From an uncultured Hellea sp. (lineage in GTDB: Bacteria > Pseudomonadota > Alphaproteobacteria > Caulobacterales > Maricaulaceae), in NCBI GenBank assembly GCA_964472905.1, contig CAYYMI010000001.1, forward strand, positions 9,663 through 73,662: a stretch of DNA of 64,000 nucleotides, in the 5' to 3' direction. This document shows positions 33,007-43,080 of this stretch, one piece after another (position 1 is the first letter of the stretch; the number at the start of each line of letters is the position of its first letter). The position numbers and the translations under genes were made by a program. Under the pieces are notes generated by a model, which made no database searches, had not been told where the DNA came from, and was given only the letters and a program-made list of their open reading frames with translations.

Positions 33007-34323
33007 CTATTCAGCCGCCTCAATCATTGGAATAAAAACGGGTTTACCCGCACGGTAATTATCGATGCGCTCTTCAATCTCGTGACGGAAGTGACGGATG
33101 AGACCTTGTATCGGCCAAGCCGCCGCGTCACCAAGCGCGCAAATGGTGTGACCTTCGACTTGTTTCGTCACAGCCAGTAACATATCTATTTCTTCCGTTC
33201 GAGCTTCGCCGCGTACCATGCGCTCCATAACGCGCCACATCCAGCCAGTGCCTTCACGGCAAGGCGTACATTGCCCGCAACTTTCATGTTTGTAGAAATA
33301 AGACAGCCTTGCGATGGCTTTGACCACATCCGTTGATTTATCCATGACGATAACCGCCGCTGTTCCGAGGCCAGATTTGTGTTCCCGCAAGGCATCAAAA
33401 TCCATCAAGACTGTATCGCATATCTCTTTGGGAAGGAGCGGAACAGAAGACCCGCCCGGAATCACACATTTAAGGTTATCCCAACCGCCGCGAATACCGC
33501 CAGCATACGTCTCAATCAGCGTTTTCATAGGGATAGAGAGTGCTTCTTCGATATTGCAGGGCTTATTGACGTGGCCTGAGATAGAGAAAACTTTGGTGCC
33601 TTTATTATTGTCACGTCCGAATGACGTGAACCACTCTGCCCCGCGGCGTAAAATCGTCGGTACAACCGCAATAGACTCCACATTATTCACTGTTGTTGGG
33701 CAGCCATAAAGTCCAGCCCCCGCTGGGAATGGAGGCTTCAAACGAGGTTGGCCTTTTTTCCCTTCAAGAGATTCCAGAAGAGCTGTCTCTTCGCCGCAAA
33801 TATAAGCCCCTGCCCCGTAATGCATGTAAATATCAAAATCCCAACCCGATCCACAGGCGTTCTTGCCGACAAGACCCGCAGCATAAGCTTCATCAATCGC
33901 TTTTTGAAGACGATTACGTTCAAGAATATATTCGCCTCGCACATAGATATAGCAGGCATGAGCTTGCATCGCGAAAGACGCCACAAGACAGCCCTCGACA
34001 AGCAGATGAGGATCATGACGTAGTATATCTCTGTCTTTACAGGACCCGGGCTCGGATTCATCTGCATTGACGACTAAATAATGCGGACGATTACCAACTT
34101 CTTTGGGCATGAATGACCATTTAAGACCAGTTGGGAAGCCCGCCCCGCCGCGACCGCGCAGGCCAGAGGCTTTAACCTGATCAATAATCCAGTCTTTACC
34201 TTGCTCAAGCATCGCGGCAGTACCAACCCATGCACCGCGAGTTTTAGCCCCGTCCAGACCTTCATCTTGAAGACCGTAGAGGTTTGTAAAAATTCTGTCT
34301 TTATCTTGGAGAAGTTGAGCCAT
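33007..34323 (-). CDS. nuoF: NADH-quinone oxidoreductase subunit F
   Basis: [39 protein letters not shown]. Confidence 0.97.
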   Translation of the reverse strand: MAQLLQDKDRIFTNLYGLQDEGLDGAKTRGAWVGTAAMLEQGKDWIIDQVKASGLRGRGGAGFPTGLKWSFMPKEVGNRPHYLVVNADESEPGSCKDRDILRHDPHLLVEGCLVASFAMQAHACYIYVRGEYILERNRLQKAIDEAYAAGLVGKNACGSGWDFDIYMHYGAGAYICGEETALLESLEGKKGQPRLKPPFPAGAGLYGCPTTVNNVESIAVVPTILRRGAEWFTSFGRDNNKGTKVFSISGHVNKPCNIEEALSIPMKTLIETYAGGIRGGWDNLKCVIPGGSSVPLLPKEICDTVLMDFDALREHKSGLGTAAVIVMDKSTDVVKAIARLSYFYKHESCGQCTPCREGTGWMWRVMERMVRGEARTEEIDMLLAVTKQVEGHTICALGDAAAWPIQGLIRHFRHEIEERIDNYRAGKPVFIPMIEAAE

Positions 34324-35366
34324 TATGCTTTCACCTTCTTCGCGTTTTTGGGCTTCATTTTGCGAGGCGCGCCGCCTTTAGCCAGTACTTTAGCCTGCTT
34401 CACCCATTCATCACGTTTGATACGCCCCGGAAATGAATCGATAACACCTTCAACCATCTTAATATCCGCTGCTTTCCAAGCCCCGATTTGCTTGTAATAA
34501 TAAATGCCTTTGGAATTGAGATCACCTTCAAATTTCGGCCCTATCCCTTTGATTTTTTTCAAATCGTCCGGCGCACCATCGGTTGGTCCGTCTGTATAAA
34601 GTACTTTAGGCTTAGCTGTCGGCTTAGGCATTTTAGGTTTGTTTTTACGTCCAGCAATCGTGGCGCGCGACCCTTTAGGATCATCAGCATGACGTGTAAT
34701 CTTAGCTTTTTTCCCAGCATTAGGGAGTTTCGTTGGTGTTTTCGTTTTATTATAAAGCCCTTTAGTGTTTAGCACCATAGCTCCACCTTCAGGCTCAGAT
34801 GTGTGGCGATTATTTTGCGGCCCCGCTTTGGGGGTTTTACCTGCAACCAAATCATCAAGCACAGCTTCAAGGCTTTCAGCTGTCAAATCTTCGTAATAAT
34901 GATCCCCATCCGCGTTCGAAATTTGAACCATCGGGGCATTTGCGCAAGAGCCCAAGCATTCAACTTCAAGCCATGAGAGTTTTCCATCGGCTGAAATGGA
35001 CCGTTGCGGACCGATTTTACGTTTAAGCATCGCAATTAGATCATCCGATCCTCGCAGCCAACAGGGCGTGGTCCCGCAAAGCTGCACATAATGCGTGCCA
35101 ACAGGTTCCAGATTAAACATGGTATAGAATGTGGCGACCTCATAAACGCGAATATAGGCCATATCGAGCATATCGCCGAGCGTACGAAGCGCCAGTTCAG
35201 GAAGCCAACCTCCATTATCCTTTTGGGCAATCCAAAGCGCCGGAATAAGGGCCGAACGTTGACGTCCTTTCGGGTATTTCTTCACCCAGCCAGAAATTTC
35301 TTTTTTAGCGGAGGCGCTTAGAGAAAATTCTTCAGGCTGTCTTATAGCGAGACGGCGGGCACTCAT
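34323..35366 (-). CDS. nuoE: NADH-quinone oxidoreductase subunit E with K/P-rich linker and C-terminal helix-hairpin-helix-like extension
   Basis: CGTTPC and ECLGSC 2Fe-2S motifs in the first ~190 aa; extra domain [12 protein letters not shown]...[12 protein letters not shown]. Confidence 0.93.
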   Translation of the reverse strand: MSARRLAIRQPEEFSLSASAKKEISGWVKKYPKGRQRSALIPALWIAQKDNGGWLPELALRTLGDMLDMAYIRVYEVATFYTMFNLEPVGTHYVQLCGTTPCWLRGSDDLIAMLKRKIGPQRSISADGKLSWLEVECLGSCANAPMVQISNADGDHYYEDLTAESLEAVLDDLVAGKTPKAGPQNNRHTSEPEGGAMVLNTKGLYNKTKTPTKLPNAGKKAKITRHADDPKGSRATIAGRKNKPKMPKPTAKPKVLYTDGPTDGAPDDLKKIKGIGPKFEGDLNSKGIYYYKQIGAWKAADIKMVEGVIDSFPGRIKRDEWVKQAKVLAKGGAPRKMKPKNAKKVKA

Positions 35367-36559
35367 CGGTCAATCTCCCCGAAAACGATATCGAGTGAGC
35401 CGAGAATAGCCGATACATCCGCCAGCATATGACCTTTATTAAGGTAATCCATGGCCGCCAAATGCGGAAAACCTGGCGCGCGGATATGACAACGGTAAGG
35501 CTTGTTCGTTCCATCAGACACCAGATAAACACCAAATTCGCCCTTTGGTGCTTCGACACAAGTATAAACCTCACCCGCCGGAACATGAAAGCCTTCGGTA
35601 TAGAGTTTAAAGTGATGAATAAGCGCTTCCATGCTTTGCTTCATTTCTGAGCGTCGCGGCGGCGTAACTTTATTGTTCTCGCTCATAACAGGGCCTTCGG
35701 GCATCATTTCAAGGCACTGCTTCATAATCTTGCAACTCTCATACATTTCATCGACGCGGCAAAGGTAGCGATCATAACAATCACCGTTTTTACCCAGCGT
35801 AATTTTGAAATCGAGTTCGGAATAAACTTCATAAGGCTGATTACGGCGCAAATCCCATGGAATGCCTGAGCCGCGCACCATGACGCCGCTAAAGCCCCAA
35901 TCATAACAATCTTGCTGACTCACTATGCCAATATTGACATTGCGTTGTTTGAAAATACGGTTTTCTGTCAGCAAGGTCTCGATATCTTTGAGTTTTTGTG
36001 GAAACTGATCACACCAGTTGAGCATATCGTTGATCAAAGCTGGCGGTAGGTCTTGATGAACGCCGCCAGGACGGAAATACATGGCATGCATGCGCGAGCC
36101 GCAAGCCCGCTCATAAAACACCATGAGCTTTTCACGCTCTTCAAAACCCCAAACAGGCGGCGTCAACGCGCCGACATCCATGGCCTGTGTGGTCACATTA
36201 AGCATATGACTAAGAATACGGCCAATTTCCGAATAGAGCACGCGAATGAACTGCGCGCGGCGCGGCACCTCAATGCCCATTAATTTTTCAATAGCCAAGC
36301 AGAACGCATGCTCTTGGTTCATCGGCGCGACATAATCGAGACGGTCAAAATACGGGATAGCTTGGAGATACGTCTTATGCTCGATTAGCTTTTCTGTCCC
36401 GCGGTGCAAAAGACCAATATGCGGGTCAACACGTTCAACAATCTCACCCTCAAGTTCGAGAACAAGGCGAAGCACACCATGCGCCGCAGGATGCTGCGGG
36501 CCAAAGTTAATGGTGAAGTTACGGTCATCGCCTTCAAGAACTGCTTCAGTGGTAGCCAT
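35363..36559 (-). CDS. nuoD: NADH-quinone oxidoreductase subunit D
   Basis: [24 protein letters not shown]. Confidence 0.97.
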   Translation of the reverse strand: MATTEAVLEGDDRNFTINFGPQHPAAHGVLRLVLELEGEIVERVDPHIGLLHRGTEKLIEHKTYLQAIPYFDRLDYVAPMNQEHAFCLAIEKLMGIEVPRRAQFIRVLYSEIGRILSHMLNVTTQAMDVGALTPPVWGFEEREKLMVFYERACGSRMHAMYFRPGGVHQDLPPALINDMLNWCDQFPQKLKDIETLLTENRIFKQRNVNIGIVSQQDCYDWGFSGVMVRGSGIPWDLRRNQPYEVYSELDFKITLGKNGDCYDRYLCRVDEMYESCKIMKQCLEMMPEGPVMSENNKVTPPRRSEMKQSMEALIHHFKLYTEGFHVPAGEVYTCVEAPKGEFGVYLVSDGTNKPYRCHIRAPGFPHLAAMDYLNKGHMLADVSAILGSLDIVFGEIDR

Positions 36560-37155
36560 TATTCTGCCGCCTGTCCCTTCTCATCACCTGGGAGAATATA
36601 TTTCGCACCTTCCCACGGAGACATGAAATCGAAGCTACGATATTCTTGCGGCAAGTTTACAGGTTCATAGACAACGGATTTGCGCTCTTCATCATAGCGC
36701 ACTTCAACGAAGCCAGAGAGCGGGAAATCTTTGCGGAGCGGATAGCCCTCAAAACCATAATCCGTGAGAATACGGCGTAAATCAGGATGCTCATCAAAAA
36801 GAATGCCGTACATATCAAAAGCTTCGCGCTCATACCAATTGGCATTCGGAAAGAGCGATGTGACGCTGTGCACTGGCACTGTTTCATCCGTCGAAACTTT
36901 GATACGAATGCGCGTATTATGCGCCATAGATAGCATATGATAAACCACATCAAAACGGCGTTCACGGCTAGGGTAATCAACACCGCAAATATCAATCAGG
37001 CTTGAGAATTTACAAATTGGATCATCACGTAAAAAACTAATCACGGTCGTGATTTCAGCACGACGCGCCTCTATCGTGAGCTCACCATTCTCTATTGAAG
37101 CTGCATTAACAGCATCGGCTAGCTGCGTTTTGATATGGTCCTTCAGGTCTTCCAT
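36559..37155 (-). CDS. nuoC: NADH-quinone oxidoreductase subunit C
   Basis: [36 protein letters not shown]. Confidence 0.97.
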   Translation of the reverse strand: MEDLKDHIKTQLADAVNAASIENGELTIEARRAEITTVISFLRDDPICKFSSLIDICGVDYPSRERRFDVVYHMLSMAHNTRIRIKVSTDETVPVHSVTSLFPNANWYEREAFDMYGILFDEHPDLRRILTDYGFEGYPLRKDFPLSGFVEVRYDEERKSVVYEPVNLPQEYRSFDFMSPWEGAKYILPGDEKGQAAE

Positions 37156-37158
37156 AGC

Positions 37159-37725
37159 TTATCGCTCGATAGTCCCTTCACGGCGGATTTTCTTTTGCAA
37201 TTGTAAAATACCATACACCAAAGCTTCTGCGGTTGGCGGACAGCCCGGCACGTAAACATCAACTGGTACGATTCGGTCACACCCTCGCACCACTGCATAG
37301 GAATAGTGATAATAGCCGCCACCATTGGCACATGAGCCCATTGAAATCACATAGCGCGGATTAGGCATTTGATCGTAAACCTTCCGCAATGCGGGTGCCA
37401 TTTTATTGGTCAATGTTCCCGCAACAATCATAACATCAGACTGTCTGGGGGAAGCCCTTGGCGCAAAACCAAACCGCTCAAGATCATAACGCGGCATAGA
37501 CGCCTGCATCATCTCTACAGCACAGCAGGCCAGACCGAATGTCATCCACATCAAGCTGCCTGTACGGGCCCAAGTAATTAAGTCATCAGAAGCGGCTGTG
37601 ATAAAGCCTTTATCTGCCAATTGATCAGACAGACCATCAAAATAAGGGTCATGTTTTTTAGGGTCGTAAGCTGGGGCGCCAATGTCGCGCGCGGCAGTTC
37701 CTGCTGGCTTAATGATAGAGCTCAT
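37159..37725 (-). CDS. nuoB: NADH-quinone oxidoreductase subunit B
   Basis: [26 protein letters not shown]; start moved to MSSIIKP just after the nuoA stop. Confidence 0.97.
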   Translation of the reverse strand: MSSIIKPAGTAARDIGAPAYDPKKHDPYFDGLSDQLADKGFITAASDDLITWARTGSLMWMTFGLACCAVEMMQASMPRYDLERFGFAPRASPRQSDVMIVAGTLTNKMAPALRKVYDQMPNPRYVISMGSCANGGGYYHYSYAVVRGCDRIVPVDVYVPGCPPTAEALVYGILQLQKKIRREGTIER

Positions 37726-37729
37726 CCCC

Positions 37730-38095
37730 CTACTCCCAATCCAGCGCGCCGCGTTTCCACGCATAAACCAAACCTGCAATAAGCTCTAAAAGGAAGAGCA
37801 TTACAACAAACCAGCCCCAAAAGCCAACTTTGTCGAGCGAAACCGCGTAGGGGAAAAGAAAAGCCACTTCGAGGTCGAATATTATGAATAGAATAGCGAC
37901 GAGGTAGAAACGGACGTCAAATTTCATGCGAGAATCATCAAAGGCATTAAAGCCACACTCATATGTGGAGAGCTTCTCAGTATCACCCTCTTTCGGGGCA
38001 ATAATGGCCGGAACAACCAGTAGAGCAAGGCTAAATGCCGTGGCTATTCCTAACAGGATAACTATTGGCAGGTAATTGAGCAAAAACTCAGACAT
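37730..38095 (-). CDS. nuoA: NADH-quinone oxidoreductase subunit A
   Basis: [27 protein letters not shown]. Confidence 0.96.
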   Translation of the reverse strand: MSEFLLNYLPIVILLGIATAFSLALLVVPAIIAPKEGDTEKLSTYECGFNAFDDSRMKFDVRFYLVAILFIIFDLEVAFLFPYAVSLDKVGFWGWFVVMLFLLELIAGLVYAWKRGALDWE

Positions 38096-38269
38096 TAAGA
38101 CTCTTTTTCCACTTCTAACGAGCTTGTGCATTTTTCGTCAAAAAACTGCCCAAGACTCACGATAATGCGTCCACAATCGCGCCGGAACCTAGTCATCTGC
38201 CCCCATGATTGCAACGCCTATCTTTGATAAAATTACAACTAATTCACAAAGGTCGCACCTGACCAAAAC

Positions 38270-38737
38270 CTAGGTTATATCCGGCTCACCTGGCCAAATG
38301 ACAATACGTGTGATTTGCTCTTCCTCAGATACGAATATTTCACTCGTTACGGCGTCTTGGACACTCATACCAACATCATGAATAGTTTGCCGTGATCCAC
38401 TGACTAGATGATGGTAATCTGGTAGGTCTTTCCCTTCTGAGATCAATCGATAAGCGCATGTACGAGGCATCCACTTAAGCGTAGCCACATTATTGGGCGT
38501 TAACGTCACACAATCAGGGACTTTTTGGCTTCGATTGGTATAATCTGTACACTGGCACGTCTGGGGATCGAAAAGCTTACACGCGACATCTGTAATGTAA
38601 ATCGCGGCAGTTTCTTCATCTTCTAAACGGATACAGCAGCACTTCCCACAGCTATCACAAAGGCTTTCCCACTCAGATGGGCTCATTTCTGCCATATTTT
38701 TGGCTTTCCAGAACGGAAGATTTGTTTTGCTCGACAT
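38270..38737 (-). CDS. YcgN/UPF0260 cysteine-cluster protein
   Basis: PFW--K---EM---EWESLCD-CGKCC, VPDC, W-P-TCAYR; start moved to MSSKTNLPFW. Confidence 0.9.
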   Translation of the reverse strand: MSSKTNLPFWKAKNMAEMSPSEWESLCDSCGKCCCIRLEDEETAAIYITDVACKLFDPQTCQCTDYTNRSQKVPDCVTLTPNNVATLKWMPRTCAYRLISEGKDLPDYHHLVSGSRQTIHDVGMSVQDAVTSEIFVSEEEQITRIVIWPGEPDIT

Positions 38738-38753
38738 GAGAAGCCCATATACA

Positions 38754-40757
38754 ATGATGGACGACATGCCAACATACCGTGCCGATATCGATGTCGCGAA
38801 TGACAACCAAACCCGCCGAAAGCGCAATATAGTGCTTGTAGTTTTGGCTGCGTTAATCCTTATCGTAACATTTGGTTACTTTCAAACCCGCTATTATCTT
38901 ATGAACGGCTTGCCAAATTTACCTGATAAAACAACGATGTGGGAGATGAACCTCGAGCCAAACTTAACCCTCCTTGATAAAGACGGAGAAATTATTGGCC
39001 ATCGCGGGCCCTATCTGGGCGAACCTATGAAACTAAGCGACATGCCCGATTATGTGGCTAATGCATTTCTCGCCATCGAAGATGAACGATTCTACGAACA
39101 TCAAGGAATCGATAACAAAGCCATTTTGCGGGCTATGATTGAGAATACGAAATCTGGCAGTAAGGGCCAAGGAGGGTCTACCCTAACACAACAACTCGTA
39201 AAGAACATGGTTTTAACGCCTGAGAAGACCTATCGTAGAAAATTTCAGGAAATGTGGCTTGCCCGTGAAATGGAGCAACGGCTCACAAAACCAGAAATTT
39301 TAGAACTCTATCTGAACCGCATTCCTTTAGGTCCCCGCATTTTTGGCGTAGAAGCGGCGTCGCAAAAATATTTCGAAAAATCAGCAAGAAATCTTACATT
39401 ATCAGAAGCTGCGCTTTTAGCAGGTTTGCCCAAAGCCCCTTCTCGATATGATCCGACGGTAAATTATGATGGAGCTCTTAGCCGGTCTACGCTCGTCCTA
39501 CAGCGTATGGCCGAAAACAATATGATCTCTTTTGAGGTTATGAGCGCCGCAGAAAAGTCACCTCCAACAATTTCTACAAATGAAGAAACTCTCATCGAAG
39601 CAGAACAAATAGGGCATGCTTTTGATTTCATAGCTGAAAAAGCCCAAGGGCTAGTTGGAAGTCAGCATAAAGATCTGGTAATCAAAACAACGCTCGACAT
39701 TAAACTCCAAAAGAAAGCTAATGCCGTCATAAAAAAAGTACTCGACCGGAACGAAAAGTCAAAAAAAGTAACTGAAGGTTCACTCGTTTCAATTGAAACA
39801 CAAACTGGCGCGGTAAGAGCTATTATAGGCGGACGGGATTATAAAAAATCAAAATTTAACCGCGCGACCCAAGCGAAACGTCAACCTGGGAGTTCATTCA
39901 AATCATTTGTCTATGCGGCTGCACTTGAAGATGGGTTTACTCCAGGAACCATAAGAATAGATCAGCCAACCGAAATTGCAGGATGGGCCCCCGAAAACTA
40001 TACGAAACGTTACAGAGGGCCAATGTCCATTCGAGAAGCTTTAAAATTATCGATAAACACAATAGCTGCGCAAGTTGGCGCGGAGATTGGCCCATCTAGA
40101 GTAGCAGCGCTCGCCAATCGTTTTGGCATAACAACCGAGATGAGACCAGAATATTCCATTTCTTTAGGGTCCTCTGAGGTGACACTTTATGATCTGACAG
40201 GGGCTTATACTGTATTTGCCAATGAAGGCAGCAAGTACGAACCTTACATTATTGAAGCTATATCGAATACGGCAAAAACGCCACTTTACACACGACGCCA
40301 GACATCGCCATCACGCGTTTACCCCGTACCATATGCTCGGCAAATGACGTCGATATTAAGAGATGTTATTGATAGCGGAACAGGACATGGCGCTCAACTT
40401 GGGTCGCGACAAGCCGCTGGTAAAACAGGAACATCCCAAGATTACAGAGATGCTTGGTTTATTGGATTTACAGCACATTACACAACAGGTGTTTGGTTGG
40501 GTAATGACGATAATGCGCCAATGAGAAAGATAACAGGCGGCCTCTTACCCGTTGACGCATGGAAAGATTACATGCGCACGGCTCATAAAGGTCTTAAGTT
40601 ACGACCTCTAAGCGCTCCTGACCCTCAAGTGAATGACCCGGTTATTCTTAACCAAATAGCCTTTTATGATAACCTTGTTTCAGCCTTTACAGCCGAGCGT
40701 GATGTCGCAAGCGGAGCTACTGCGCCAAGTGGCGGCCCAAGAAGCGCCGGTAGATAA
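38754..40757 (+). CDS. Class A penicillin-binding protein (transglycosylase/transpeptidase, PBP1A family)
   Basis: One TM; GT51 motifs EDERFY-H-G and GGSTLTQQLVKN; transpeptidase S-FK (GSSFK), SIN and KTG; exact start among 38754/38757/38766 uncertain. Confidence 0.93.
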   Translation: MMDDMPTYRADIDVANDNQTRRKRNIVLVVLAALILIVTFGYFQTRYYLMNGLPNLPDKTTMWEMNLEPNLTLLDKDGEIIGHRGPYLGEPMKLSDMPDYVANAFLAIEDERFYEHQGIDNKAILRAMIENTKSGSKGQGGSTLTQQLVKNMVLTPEKTYRRKFQEMWLAREMEQRLTKPEILELYLNRIPLGPRIFGVEAASQKYFEKSARNLTLSEAALLAGLPKAPSRYDPTVNYDGALSRSTLVLQRMAENNMISFEVMSAAEKSPPTISTNEETLIEAEQIGHAFDFIAEKAQGLVGSQHKDLVIKTTLDIKLQKKANAVIKKVLDRNEKSKKVTEGSLVSIETQTGAVRAIIGGRDYKKSKFNRATQAKRQPGSSFKSFVYAAALEDGFTPGTIRIDQPTEIAGWAPENYTKRYRGPMSIREALKLSINTIAAQVGAEIGPSRVAALANRFGITTEMRPEYSISLGSSEVTLYDLTGAYTVFANEGSKYEPYIIEAISNTAKTPLYTRRQTSPSRVYPVPYARQMTSILRDVIDSGTGHGAQLGSRQAAGKTGTSQDYRDAWFIGFTAHYTTGVWLGNDDNAPMRKITGGLLPVDAWKDYMRTAHKGLKLRPLSAPDPQVNDPVILNQIAFYDNLVSAFTAERDVASGATAPSGGPRSAGR

Positions 40758-40830
40758 TCTGAAAACAATAAAATTTAACCCTTTTTAAACCATAAAATAG
40801 CAAATCTTCATCAATGAATGAGGGATTGTA

Positions 40831-41520
40831 ATGTTCAGACTAATCAAACCATTTTGTATATTGGGGGTTTTAGGCCTGTCAGCTTGTGCTTCCGTCACTG
40901 ATAATATTCCAACTGTTAAAATAGAGCGTAAAAAGCCTAAAGTTATAAAAACTACGCAAGCAAATTACACTACGCCTAAAGTTCATAAAGCCGAAGCCGC
41001 TTTGGTGTGTGAAAATGATAATATGCGGGCGCGCTCCACAGATAGAAATTTAAAAAATGATACAGCCCGCGTTTTAGTTTTAGAAGAAGGTGGACGGTCA
41101 TCCAATATTATCGCTGATGTTGAAGTTAACTGCCGAGATTATTTTCAATCTGCGAGACCGCATACAATCCAAAGTCGATCAGCCTTAACGACAACTCAAA
41201 ACTCGCCAAATACGGTTTATGTCTCTCCACAAAGCCAAACGGCTAACTATACGCAATCAGCCCCACAGCCCGTTATTAATGCTGCTACGCCCCCTCAAAA
41301 GATACAACAGCCACAAGTCATCAAAGCATCCTCAAATATCCAAGCAGCAGATGGATATTATTACTCCATAAAAAAAGGCGATACACTCTACCGTATCGCC
41401 AAAGACAATTGTTCATCTGTTATGGATATATCAGCGCTTAATGGGATATATGATCCCACTAAAATCGAAGTTCATCAAATTATTCGATTACCTGCAAAAA
41501 AGTGTAACGCTAGAAATTAA
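40831..41520 (+). CDS. Lipoprotein with C-terminal LysM domain
   Basis: Lipobox LSAC; Q/P/T-rich linker; YSIKKGDTLYRIAK...ISALNGI-DP-KI--HQIIRLP. Confidence 0.88.
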   Translation: MFRLIKPFCILGVLGLSACASVTDNIPTVKIERKKPKVIKTTQANYTTPKVHKAEAALVCENDNMRARSTDRNLKNDTARVLVLEEGGRSSNIIADVEVNCRDYFQSARPHTIQSRSALTTTQNSPNTVYVSPQSQTANYTQSAPQPVINAATPPQKIQQPQVIKASSNIQAADGYYYSIKKGDTLYRIAKDNCSSVMDISALNGIYDPTKIEVHQIIRLPAKKCNARN

Positions 41521-41523
41521 GCG

Positions 41524-42813
41524 TTAAACAGCTTTTAAGCGTCCGCGACCATCATCTTTCTTGTTTGAATTCTTCGCAGAACCTGCACTCTCGCTTTTTG
41601 TTCGGGCCAATGGGCTGGACGACCTTGCAGCTTCAGCCGCAATCATGCTTTGCCCAATACTAACACCACCAATAGCCGCATAACGTTCTAATTTTTGTTT
41701 CTGAACCTGATTGATCTTACGCAGCGTATCAATGTCTTCCATAGCGGCTGTAAACTTGGCATTTAGATTTTCAAATTCAACTTTTGATCTCGCTAAAGCT
41801 CTTGCATTACGCTCAACCTCATCCGCTTTGCCGCGGAAACGTTGCTCATTACGGTCATTTCTTTCGCGTTCATTTTCAAGTTGGTTTCTAAGCGTAATAA
41901 CTTCCTCGTCAAAATGGCTGGACATATTATCTTTAATCCGAACCTGCGTATTTAATTGCTCGATCCGACTCTTAAGGGCTAAGGTCTCATCATCTCTGCG
42001 CTTTAGCGTATCCTCATAGACATTCTTCTGAGTTTTTATGTCATATTTAGCGTTTTCAAGCGCGCCTGAAGCTTCGAAAAACTTCGCCTTCATTTCATTA
42101 GCATCTAAACGTAAGTTCTTAAGCTCAACTGTAGACGTATCATTCTCTTTGGTTTTACGCTCCAGCCTAACCGTCAATTCCTCGGCGCTTTTCTGGAGTT
42201 CCATTACACGATGTGTTTGAGACGATAGTTCTGCGGCTTGCTGAGCAACTTCATCTTGGAAATTTTGGTTTGCTAGTTGTAACGTAGACAGACGCTCATC
42301 CTTTTGATTGAGCTGGCTTGATAGGCTTTCAATATCACGCCCTTGCTGAATAAGCTTCTCGTGCTCAGCCACTTCTCTATCCTTGCGCTGTGCAATTTCT
42401 GCCTTTGCATTTTCAAACTGTTGCTTCATTTCATTATGCTGACGCTCGAGGCTGACGAGCTTGCTTTCTTGTTCTGAAGCCCAACTTGTCTTTTGCTCTA
42501 GTTTTTTACGAACAGATTCAAGATCATTCGTCAGAGTGGAATTTTCGCCTTCTAACCGGGACACGTGCCTTAGACCCACTTCCATTTTAGCAATCGTTTT
42601 GTTTAAGGCTGTCATGCGTTTAGCAGCAAGTTGCTGTTGATCGGCTGAAGCTTTGAACTCATTTGTAAGATAATCGACAGATTCACGCGCCGATAATATA
42701 TCTTCAGAACTCGCGGTTCTGCCAGACAAAGATGCTGAGGGTTGATAGACGGGTTTAATCCCACCAGAAATTTTGACAGGCGCTGCAGCTTTTTCGCGTT
42801 TAAAGAATTTCAT
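41524..42813 (-). CDS. Long coiled-coil protein with head-rod-tail organisation (crescentin/intermediate-filament-like candidate)
   Basis: Proline-free E/K/Q/L/R-rich stretch from residue ~26 to ~395, short basic N-terminus MKFFKREK, low-complexity tail; GGGGA RBS. Confidence 0.7.
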   Translation of the reverse strand: MKFFKREKAAAPVKISGGIKPVYQPSASLSGRTASSEDILSARESVDYLTNEFKASADQQQLAAKRMTALNKTIAKMEVGLRHVSRLEGENSTLTNDLESVRKKLEQKTSWASEQESKLVSLERQHNEMKQQFENAKAEIAQRKDREVAEHEKLIQQGRDIESLSSQLNQKDERLSTLQLANQNFQDEVAQQAAELSSQTHRVMELQKSAEELTVRLERKTKENDTSTVELKNLRLDANEMKAKFFEASGALENAKYDIKTQKNVYEDTLKRRDDETLALKSRIEQLNTQVRIKDNMSSHFDEEVITLRNQLENERERNDRNEQRFRGKADEVERNARALARSKVEFENLNAKFTAAMEDIDTLRKINQVQKQKLERYAAIGGVSIGQSMIAAEAARSSSPLARTKSESAGSAKNSNKKDDGRGRLKAV

Positions 42814-42964
42814 AGTATCCCCCTAAAAGGTTAAAACCAAAGACAGGTAAATCCGAATCAATAAGTTAACGATACATAAACAAAAGCTATCAACAAGACG
42901 TAACACACTCCGATAATTCGAAAATATCCAGTGACACGGCATATTTCAGCCTCTAACCGTCTGA

Positions 42965-43011
42965 AATCATCCTGCATATTCACTGTAATCATCCTGCATA
43001 TTCACTGTAAT
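42965..43011. repeat. Perfect 22-bp tandem duplication (AATCATCCTGCATATTCACTGT x2 plus AAT) in a divergent promoter region
   Basis: 42965-42986 is identical to 42987-43008. Confidence 0.9.
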
Positions 43012-43080
43012 GTTACTCGTGCGTAACTTGCGCGATAGGATAAGACTAAGCTAGAATTCATCTAAATTAAGGAAAACTCG

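Noticed and set aside
38700-38827. Extended overlapping starts for ycgN and the PBP
   Set aside because: The extensions have no family-like sequence; internal ATGs give non-overlapping genes
41524-42813. Assigning the gene symbol creS
   Set aside because: The architecture matches, but residue-level homology is not evident by eye
42965-43011. Possible mini-CRISPR array
   Set aside because: The repeats are directly adjacent with no spacer, there are only two copies, and no cas genes are present
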